DNA from: Bdellovibrionales bacterium
GTDB taxonomy: Bacteria; Bdellovibrionota; Bdellovibrionia; Bdellovibrionales; JAGQZY01
Length of the DNA: 64,000 nt
Direction of reading: 5' to 3'
NCBI GenBank assembly: GCA_964230645.1
Contig: CAXRHT010000003.1
Span: forward strand, 544,001 to 608,000
This document shows positions 56,682 to 64,000 of this stretch, one piece after another. The notes beneath the pieces were generated by a model. The model did not search any database, had not been told where the DNA came from, and was given only the letters and a program-made list of their open reading frames with translations. The first letter of the stretch is position 1, and each line of letters opens with the position of its first letter. Made by a program: the position numbers and the translations under genes.

Positions 56682-57254
56682 TTGCTCATTTTAAGATTTT
56701 TTTTCTGTATTCTGATTTTATTTTTTTCTGTCGCCTGCGAAAGGTCCACGCTGGAATGGGTTTCTAGTGGGGGAAATCAAGGCAGTGAGATTCCTGCTGA
56801 CGGCAATCAGGGAGAAAGTGAAGACGTTGTCGTCCCTTCACAAATTTTACTTCATGCCCAGAAGTCTTATAACCCAAGTCGTTGGCGCGACGGTTCTTAT
56901 GTGATCAAAAACGAGATCGGCAATCTCGAATTTTTAAAGGTGAGTCTACCGACAGAAATCCCTGTGACCTCAGGCAATGCCGGCAATCACCGCGTGACCC
57001 TTTTTATTGATTTTCAAGGTGGCTCGCTTGAGTGCTATTATAAAGGAGGTGCGGACATCAATAAGCCCCTTCAAAGTGGCAACAGTTCACAAATTGAAAA
57101 AGGTAAAAAATATCTTTTTGAAGAGTGCAGCGATGGGAGCGAACCTGGTGACCTTATTAAGGCGCAAAAAAACTTCCTTTTAACAATCAATAATGGTGAC
57201 AGTTCAAAAACAACGTCCATTCGCATGCCCATTCAAGTGGATTCCTACAATTAA
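56682..57254 (+). CDS. Hypothetical lipoprotein inserted in the dcw cluster
   Basis: RBS AGGAGG, SVAC lipobox. Confidence 0.7.
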   Translation: MLILRFFFCILILFFSVACERSTLEWVSSGGNQGSEIPADGNQGESEDVVVPSQILLHAQKSYNPSRWRDGSYVIKNEIGNLEFLKVSLPTEIPVTSGNAGNHRVTLFIDFQGGSLECYYKGGADINKPLQSGNSSQIEKGKKYLFEECSDGSEPGDLIKAQKNFLLTINNGDSSKTTSIRMPIQVDSYN

Positions 57255-57330
57255 AATTCAACAAATAAAATCTTAGGAAAAGCCTCTACAGGTTGCCCTC
57301 TCAACCAATCACTGTATAATTGAATAAAGG

Positions 57331-59340
57331 ATGGGAGAGGACGGATTCTCTCTTAAAAAGCATATGTACAAAAGTCGAGTCATCTTTGTTTTTCTTTTCG
57401 TCGTTGCCTTGTGGGGAGCCTTAATTTTTAGAGGCGCTTATTTGCAGCTTGTTCCAAGTCCTCAGTTTGAAGCTATTAAGGAACGCCAGTTCAACCGTAT
57501 GGTTAAGCTTGATTCCAGAAGAGGTGATATTCTCGATCGTGATGGCAGAGCCCTTGCGGTTTCAGTGACCTCCTACTCTCTTTTTGCCGATCCAAAAATC
57601 TTAAAAGATCCTTATGCTGCGGCAAAAAAACTCTCTCGCCATTTCCGTGTCTCGTTTCGCTCTATATATAATAAGATAAAAAATAAAAATCGACGTTTCA
57701 TTTGGTTGAAAAGAAAGCTCGACCGAGAGGACTATGAAAAAATAAAAGCTTGGGGTATTCGGGGTCTAGCATTCAAAGAAGAATTTAAAAGGATTTATCC
57801 CAATAAAACTTTAGCCTCCTCTGTTCTGGGTTTTGTAGGGCGAGAACAGCAAGGACTCTCTGGACTTGAGAAAAAATTTGAAGGGGTTCTCACGGGCTCA
57901 GGGCGCAAAGTTCAGGTGCAAAGGGATGCCAGAGGTCGCGTTCTCATCGAAGACGGACGTTTTTTTGCGAGAAGTCCTGAGGGCTCGGACATTCATTTAA
58001 CTATCGATAAAGATCTACAGTTTTGGGTGGAGTCTCAACTTCAAAAAGCGGTTAAAGAAAATGAAGCCGAAGCGGCTTGGGCTGTGGTTCTCAATCCGGC
58101 GAACTCGGAAATTTTAGCGATGTCGAGTTTTCCAAGTTTTGACTCCAATCGTCCTCTTAAAGCTTCCTCGAGCGCGCGGCGAAATAAAGCCATTCACGAC
58201 ATTTATGAAACGGGCAGTGTGATGAAGGCTTTCACCGTCGGCGGAGCCTTGAATAGAGGAATTGTTCATCCCAACACGCGAATTGATACCGAAGACGGAA
58301 TTTTTAAAATAGGTAATCGCACCATCAAAGAGGCCGATAAGAATCACTATTTTAAAGAGCTCACTGTCAGTGAAATCATCGCCTATTCCTCCAATGTGGG
58401 GACCTCAAAAATTGCCCTTCAGATGGGAGCTGAAACTCTGCATGAATCTCTCCTTGATTTTGGCTTTGGCCAAGAAACCGGCGTCGGTCTTCCCGGCGAG
58501 GCCAGGGGACTTCTTCATAAGCCACCCTGGCGGGATCATTTATTAGCCAACATTTCTTTCGGACACGGAGTGGCTGTCACAGCACTACAAGTGGCCAATG
58601 CTTACGCTGCGATCGCCAATGGAGGAGAGCTGAATCGTCCTTATATAATTAAAGAAATTAGAGATGTGGAAAATGGTGAGGTTGTAGAGACTCCTAAAAA
58701 GACAATTCGAAGAGTTTTGAGTAAAAAGAACGCCAACCTTATGAAAATGATGCTCTCCTCGGTCGTGGCCGAAGGGGGCTCGGGTTACAAGGCTCGAATT
58801 CACGGTTATCCCGTCGCCGGGAAAACTGGAACTGCCCAAAAAGTGGATCCTAACGGACGGGGTTACCTCAGAGGACACTATATCTCTAATTTTGCAGGCT
58901 TTGTCCCTGCCAATGACCCTCGTTATGTCATTTACGTAGCTGTTGATAGTCCAAAGAAAAAAGGCTTCTATGCTTCCACCGTGGCGGCTCCCGTTTTTAG
59001 AAGTATTGCCGAGTACGCTCTTAGAAGAGAAGGTAAGGCTCCGGTTTATCTCTCAGATCAAGAGTTGGTAAAACAACACACGGTGAATGCAGAGGAAACT
59101 GAGGCCCAAGTGCTTGAGGTCACTTTGGATGAAGTTTCTGAAAAACTCTCTCCACTGGAAAAGATGCCGGATCTCAAAGGCCTAACCTTTAAAGAGGTGA
59201 TCAAAACCCTAAATGGTTATGATGTGGATGTGAGAATGAGTGGAGAAGGTCGAGTCTATTCGACAAGCCCTGCCCCTGGCCAAAAAGTCTCCCGCCGAAT
59301 TCGCGTCCGTCTCAAAGAAAATAAAGTGGCAACAGAATAA
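57331..59340 (+). CDS. ftsI: Class B PBP FtsI (PBP3) with PASTA domain
   Basis: RG.ILDR, GSVMK (SxxK), SSN, KTGTAQK, C-terminal MPDLKG PASTA. Confidence 0.95.
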   Translation: MGEDGFSLKKHMYKSRVIFVFLFVVALWGALIFRGAYLQLVPSPQFEAIKERQFNRMVKLDSRRGDILDRDGRALAVSVTSYSLFADPKILKDPYAAAKKLSRHFRVSFRSIYNKIKNKNRRFIWLKRKLDREDYEKIKAWGIRGLAFKEEFKRIYPNKTLASSVLGFVGREQQGLSGLEKKFEGVLTGSGRKVQVQRDARGRVLIEDGRFFARSPEGSDIHLTIDKDLQFWVESQLQKAVKENEAEAAWAVVLNPANSEILAMSSFPSFDSNRPLKASSSARRNKAIHDIYETGSVMKAFTVGGALNRGIVHPNTRIDTEDGIFKIGNRTIKEADKNHYFKELTVSEIIAYSSNVGTSKIALQMGAETLHESLLDFGFGQETGVGLPGEARGLLHKPPWRDHLLANISFGHGVAVTALQVANAYAAIANGGELNRPYIIKEIRDVENGEVVETPKKTIRRVLSKKNANLMKMMLSSVVAEGGSGYKARIHGYPVAGKTGTAQKVDPNGRGYLRGHYISNFAGFVPANDPRYVIYVAVDSPKKKGFYASTVAAPVFRSIAEYALRREGKAPVYLSDQELVKQHTVNAEETEAQVLEVTLDEVSEKLSPLEKMPDLKGLTFKEVIKTLNGYDVDVRMSGEGRVYSTSPAPGQKVSRRIRVRLKENKVATE

Positions 59341-59357
59341 ATTGGTAACAGATTTTA

Positions 59358-60038
59358 TCAATGCACAAGAGGGTGCTTCCGAATCTGCTCACATTGCCAA
59401 TCGGTAAGAAAAGTGCCTCGATCAGAGGCTTTGTTGGCGAGTAGGTTTTGGGGAAAGCCTTCATTGTGGGGGGCATTCGTAAGAATGTGAGTGATTTCAT
59501 GGGCCAAAATTATATCAAGAGCTAGAGGAGTATTTTTTAGGGTCTCCATGGCTCGGTGTTCAATAAATAGTGAATTTAAAGTGAGATGCTCAAACTCATG
59601 ATCTCGACTCCAATAGGCGGCATTGGCGTAACCGGTTCCATCCGAATAGTAGCAATCCAATGAATCAGTAAAGATCGCCACAGGACGGCCGATCCCCCGA
59701 GGGAGAGCTTCAATAACGCGGTAATCATTTTCACAAGAAAGATTCTCAAATGAAGAATCTGACATTTGTAAAGCCGAGACAAGTTCCAGTTCCACATTGC
59801 AGTTCCTAGAGAAAACATCCTGTGCCACAGAAACGAATTTCAAAATCTCACGTTCACGCCAGGAACTCTGACTGTTCACAACAATAGAAAGTGGTAAGGT
59901 AAGCTTTTCGTTCTTATCAGCAACTCCGTCAATTCCAAAAGACAGACGAGATAGACCTCCAAGAACAAAAACGAAAAGGAGCCTTGCTAAAGGGTTCCAA
60001 AAAAATGGCCTTTTGGAGGAATTCTGATTCATAGCCAC
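59358..60038 (-). CDS. Secreted zincin-like metalloprotease
   Basis: LAHEITHILTNAPH (HExxH..H), NLL turn, signal-like N-terminus. Confidence 0.65.
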   Translation of the reverse strand: MAMNQNSSKRPFFWNPLARLLFVFVLGGLSRLSFGIDGVADKNEKLTLPLSIVVNSQSSWREREILKFVSVAQDVFSRNCNVELELVSALQMSDSSFENLSCENDYRVIEALPRGIGRPVAIFTDSLDCYYSDGTGYANAAYWSRDHEFEHLTLNSLFIEHRAMETLKNTPLALDIILAHEITHILTNAPHNEGFPQNLLANKASDRGTFLTDWQCEQIRKHPLVH

Positions 60039-60149
60039 AGATTAATAGAGGGGAGGTTTTAAATCTAGAAAGCCTGAAAAATGTTTAAAAAGCGGCAACT
60101 AAAGTGACCAAAAACCAGTCACCCCAATGCCGCGCCACTCCACCCCAGG

Positions 60150-60223
60150 GTACCTGCTTCCCGTTGGTAGCAATGCTGCGTTACTAAGGGGGCGCGCTAT
60201 CGGAACCCTCGCGAAGCAGGTAC
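60150..60223 (+). other. Structured element directly upstream of murE
   Basis: GTACCTGCTTC..GAAGCAGGTAC 11-bp stem enclosing two smaller hairpins. Confidence 0.55.
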
Positions 60224-60231
60224 GATAGGTT

Positions 60232-61728
60232 ATGACTCTAAAGGCCTTGTTAAATACCCATGGAAAAATGGACTGGAGGGATCAGGATCCTAATTTTTCT
60301 CCCCAATCCCTCGTCATAGATAGTCGGGAGATTGAAACTGGATCTGTATTTGTCGCCCTTAAAGGCACTCAGGTGGATGGGCACGATTTTCTAAAAAAAG
60401 CCGCAGAGCTGGGGGCCGCTGCCCTGGTAGTGGAGAGCCTTTCTAACGTTCCCAAAAATTTCAAAGGTGCAGTCTTACAGGTACTTGATACAAGGCTCGT
60501 GCTTCCGCTGTTTGCGCAAAGGTTTTTTGAAAATCCGGGTGACTCGCTGATTTCCCTTGCTGTCACAGGGACCAACGGTAAAACCAGTGTGACCTATATC
60601 GTTGAGCACTTACTCAATGGGCAAAAAAAGAATTGCGGAGTTATCGGTACAATCGATCATCATCTTGGGGAGAAAAGATGGCAGACAAATCTCACCTCTC
60701 CTGATCCGGTCACATTGAATAAAAGGCTGCACGAATTTTTAGATCAAGGGGCCCAAAGTTTTATCATTGAGGCTTCCAGTCACGCTTTAAAACAAAATAG
60801 AGTGGCACAAAGTTTTAACGGGGTTATTTTCACGAATCTCAGTCGCGATCATTTGGATTATCATCCCGATATGGAAGACTACTTTTCCAGTAAGGCAAAG
60901 CTTTTTTCAAGAGAGCTCCTAAAGGAGGGAAGTGATAATTTCGCTTTGATCAATAGCGATGATGAATACGGAAAAAAGTTGGTGGAGCTAACTGAGGGCC
61001 GAGTCATTTATCGTTATGGTCAAACTGAGGCGGATCTACTTATTTCTAATATCGATGATAAGCTTGGTGGAACGAGCTTTGATTTAAATCTTCCTCCCAA
61101 TCAAAGTGTAAAAATAAAATCTCCTCTTATTGGAGTCCACAATGTTTACAATGTGGTGGCAGCACTTGGAGTGATTCATGCGCTTGGGCTTAATATGCAA
61201 AAAGCGGTAAAAGATTTAGAAAGCTTCCCTGGAATACCGGGAAGACTTCAAGGGGTTCAGTCGCAATCAGGAGTTTTTGGTTTCGTGGACTATGCCCACA
61301 CGCCAGATGCCCTAGAAAAGGTTTTAATAAGCCTCAAGAAATTAAAAAAAGAAACCAGTCGATTGATTTGCGTCTTCGGTTGTGGGGGAGATCGTGACCG
61401 CGGTAAAAGAGCCCTTATGGGCGAGGTCTCAAAAAAACACAGCGATCTTTCTGTGGTGACCTCGGATAACCCGCGTACCGAAGATCCCGAGAAAATCGTG
61501 GCGGAAATCATGACCGCTTTTAAACTTGATTCCCCTCCGGCCGAAGGGGGGCTACCTCACGTAGTGACCGAGGTGGGTCGAGAGAAAGCCATTAAGCTGG
61601 CTTGTTTTCAAGCCAAACCGGGGGATGTGGTCTTGATTGCAGGTAAAGGACATGAGAATTATCAAATAACAGGTACGGAAAAAAAAGATTTCGACGATTT
61701 TAAACTGTTACAAAAATATTTAAGGTAA
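60232..61728 (+). CDS. murE: UDP-MurNAc-dipeptide--meso-DAP ligase MurE
   Basis: GTNGKTS, EASSH, DHLDYH, DYAHTPDAL, DNPR, GKGHE. Confidence 0.97.
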   Translation: MTLKALLNTHGKMDWRDQDPNFSPQSLVIDSREIETGSVFVALKGTQVDGHDFLKKAAELGAAALVVESLSNVPKNFKGAVLQVLDTRLVLPLFAQRFFENPGDSLISLAVTGTNGKTSVTYIVEHLLNGQKKNCGVIGTIDHHLGEKRWQTNLTSPDPVTLNKRLHEFLDQGAQSFIIEASSHALKQNRVAQSFNGVIFTNLSRDHLDYHPDMEDYFSSKAKLFSRELLKEGSDNFALINSDDEYGKKLVELTEGRVIYRYGQTEADLLISNIDDKLGGTSFDLNLPPNQSVKIKSPLIGVHNVYNVVAALGVIHALGLNMQKAVKDLESFPGIPGRLQGVQSQSGVFGFVDYAHTPDALEKVLISLKKLKKETSRLICVFGCGGDRDRGKRALMGEVSKKHSDLSVVTSDNPRTEDPEKIVAEIMTAFKLDSPPAEGGLPHVVTEVGREKAIKLACFQAKPGDVVLIAGKGHENYQITGTEKKDFDDFKLLQKYLR

Positions 61729-61732
61729 AAAA

Positions 61733-63142
61733 ATGTTTGAATTAGATTTCATCAAAGAGGCAACCAGTGGGAGCCTTGTCAGTTCTCCTGAAAAAACTTT
61801 TACGGGATACTCCACAGATAATCGAGATGCCAATATCAAGGGCACACTTTTTATCCCCCTTGTGGGCGAGCAGCACGATGCCCATAAATTTGTGGAAAAA
61901 GCTTTAGAAAATGGAGCAGCCGGCGCCCTAGTTCATCAATGGGATGAGTCTTGGGATAAATTCAAAGACTCTAAAAGTTTTATTCAAGTGGAAGACACTC
62001 TGAAAGCTCTCCAACTTTTTGCTAAGGCCTGGCGTAAAGAGCTAAAAGGTCAGGTTCTCGCCTTAACAGGAAGCAATGGTAAAACCACGACCAAAGATTT
62101 CCTGGGACAAATTTTTTCTAACTTTGGACCCACCACGGTGAGCCAGGGGAGTTTCAATAACCATTGGGGTGTTCCTTTTACCTTGTTGAATACGAAAAAA
62201 GAGGATCAGTTTTGCGTACTAGAAATGGGCATGAATCATGCTGGTGAGCTCATTCAACTTGTAGGAATCGGGGATCCTGATTTCGTAGGAGTGATCAATG
62301 TTGGTAACGCCCATATCGGTCATTTTGAAAATGGCATCGAGGGTGTCGCAAGAGCAAAAGAGGAAATATACGAAGCCGCTAGTCCTAGAGCTCAAAGAAT
62401 TTTCAATGTCGACAACCCTTGGACGCGAGAGATGTACAAAAAGTACAGTGAGTACCCTTGTTACACTTATAGCTTAGAGAACTTCTCCGCTGACGTTTAT
62501 TTTCGGATCAAAGAAAAAAGACCCAAAGGTTTTCTCATTGAAGGTCAAATCGGGGGAGTTCTTGGAAAGTCTGAGGTTTCTTTTTTTGGAGAGCATAATA
62601 TATCCAATCTAGCCGCCGCTGTAACCTTTGCTTATATGGCTGGCTGTCGACCGGAAAAACTTTGGCCTCTTTTGCCTCAATGCCATACTGGCTGGGGAAG
62701 AAATCAATGGGTAGAATTAAAGAACGGAGCGGAACTCCTTTTTGATGGATACAATGCCAACCCCGACAGTTTCAGACAACTGCTCGAAAACAGCAAAGAA
62801 GCCATAGCAAATTCATCCAATGCTGTAGCCATTTTCGGTGAGATGTTGGAGCTTGGAAATAAGACTGAGGAAGAGCACTATATTCTTGGAAAAGAAGCGG
62901 GAAAGCTCCCTTTCAAACAATGCCTCTTCATTGGTCCATCAGCCCCCGCCTTTAAAAAGGGTTGGGAGTCTGAGAGAAATGATAATAGCTTAAAGATTTC
63001 AGTCACTTATAAAGAATCTCTTGATATTGATCTCGAAACTGTGGTAGATAAGGACTCACTCGTAATTGTGAAGGGATCAAGAGGTGGAGCCTTGGAGAGA
63101 GTCGTTAAGCGATTGGATCCGGTTCAGTTTTCACCAAAATAA
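61733..63142 (+). CDS. murF: UDP-MurNAc-tripeptide--D-Ala-D-Ala ligase MurF
   Basis: GSNGKTTTK, NNHWGVP, EMGMNH.GE, D.YNANP, GEMLELG, KGSRG. Confidence 0.97.
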   Translation: MFELDFIKEATSGSLVSSPEKTFTGYSTDNRDANIKGTLFIPLVGEQHDAHKFVEKALENGAAGALVHQWDESWDKFKDSKSFIQVEDTLKALQLFAKAWRKELKGQVLALTGSNGKTTTKDFLGQIFSNFGPTTVSQGSFNNHWGVPFTLLNTKKEDQFCVLEMGMNHAGELIQLVGIGDPDFVGVINVGNAHIGHFENGIEGVARAKEEIYEAASPRAQRIFNVDNPWTREMYKKYSEYPCYTYSLENFSADVYFRIKEKRPKGFLIEGQIGGVLGKSEVSFFGEHNISNLAAAVTFAYMAGCRPEKLWPLLPQCHTGWGRNQWVELKNGAELLFDGYNANPDSFRQLLENSKEAIANSSNAVAIFGEMLELGNKTEEEHYILGKEAGKLPFKQCLFIGPSAPAFKKGWESERNDNSLKISVTYKESLDIDLETVVDKDSLVIVKGSRGGALERVVKRLDPVQFSPK

Positions 63143-63145
63143 AAT

Positions 63146-64000
63146 ATGCTTTATCAGTGGTTACATCAGTTTTCAGACCAGTACTCAGCACTCAATGTTT
63201 TTCGATACATCACTGTTCGAACGTTTATCTCTTTTTTCACGGCTTTTTTTGTTTGTTATCTGGTTGGTCCCACCTATATCCGTCGCTTAAAACTAAAACA
63301 AGGTAAGTTGTCCAATGTGCGCGAGGACACTCCTGAACGCCACCAATTAAAGGCGGGAACTCCTACGATGGGTGGGGGCTTGATTTTACTCTCGCTCATT
63401 GTTCCCTTTTTTCTGTGGATGGATATCTCAAACCCACTAGTGATTTCGGCCATGGTGACCACTCTTGGTTTTTCTATGATCGGGTACTTGGATGATCACA
63501 ATAAAGTGATAAAGAAAAACAGTAAGGGGGTCTCTGGAAAAATCAGACTCCTTGCCGAGTTTCTAGTTTCCGGTATCGTCCTTTATTTTTTAATTCAAAA
63601 TGATCATTTGTCTACACGGCTCACCATGCCTTTTTTTAAAGACATCACTTTTGATTTTGGAATTTTTTATGTTTTCTTTGGCAGTCTGGTGATTGTAGGC
63701 ACAGCCAATGCCGTGAATCTCACCGACGGTCTTGATGGTCTAGCGATTGGACCGGTTATTATATGTGCAGCCACCTTTAGCATTTTTGCATACGTGGCGG
63801 GACACTTCGAAATAGCCAATTATTTAGGAATCCCATTTATTAGTGGTGCCAGTGAACTGGCGCCAGTGGCCGCGACAGTGGTCGCTGCTGGAATGGGTTT
63901 CCTATGGTTTAACACCTATCCGGCGCAAGTTTTTATGGGCGACCTTGGCTCATTAGGACTTGGTGGTTTTCTTGGAACCATGGCGGTGTTAACCAAAAAT
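63146..64000 (+). CDS. mraY: Phospho-MurNAc-pentapeptide transferase MraY (truncated by window end)
   Basis: Translated by hand from ATG 63146: [43 protein letters not shown]. Confidence 0.96.
   Translation, partial: MLYQWLHQFSDQYSALNVFRYITVRTFISFFTAFFVCYLVGPTYIRRLKLKQGKLSNVREDTPERHQLKAGTPTMGGGLILLSLIVPFFLWMDISNPLVISAMVTTLGFSMIGYLDDHNKVIKKNSKGVSGKIRLLAEFLVSGIVLYFLIQNDHLSTRLTMPFFKDITFDFGIFYVFFGSLVIVGTANAVNLTDGLDGLAIGPVIICAATFSIFAYVAGHFEIANYLGIPFISGASELAPVAATVVAAGMGFLWFNTYPAQVFMGDLGSLGLGGFLGTMAVLTKN

Noticed and set aside
185..63462. Numerous short ORFs overlapping or antisense to the called genes
   Set aside because: They are shadow frames of well-supported CDSs, lacking RBSs or recognisable motifs.

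Overview
A gene-dense, moderately AT-rich bacterial chromosome segment. Gene content and signal-peptide style suggest Bdellovibrionota (inference; no rRNA in the window). Housekeeping anchors are smpB, rluB, dsbD, lspA, dacB, hpt/upp and the start of the dcw cluster (mraZ-rsmH-ftsL-ftsI-murE-murF-mraY, interrupted twice by extra genes). Accessory content includes a DUF1592/DUF1552-type pair beside a TPR-wHTH regulator, a surface-glycan tailoring trio (YdjC, carbamoyltransferase, GATase-amidotransferase fusion), a phosphate-starvation cluster (phoD, btaBA), a 3120-aa adhesin-like lipoprotein and a Gly-rich secreted protein. The most striking element is a five-gene minus-strand operon (37829->33031): PEGA/TPR lipoprotein, a natural FliF(RBM3-TM-C tail)-FliG fusion, a small outer-membrane beta-barrel, motA and motB. 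It has no other flagellar genes in the window, it converges on the giant adhesin, and both carry sigma28-like, apparently leaderless promoters. I interpret it as a candidate flagellum-independent rotor-stator machine. No tRNA, rRNA, CRISPR array or transposase was seen. All domain calls are by-eye motif recognition, not database searches.
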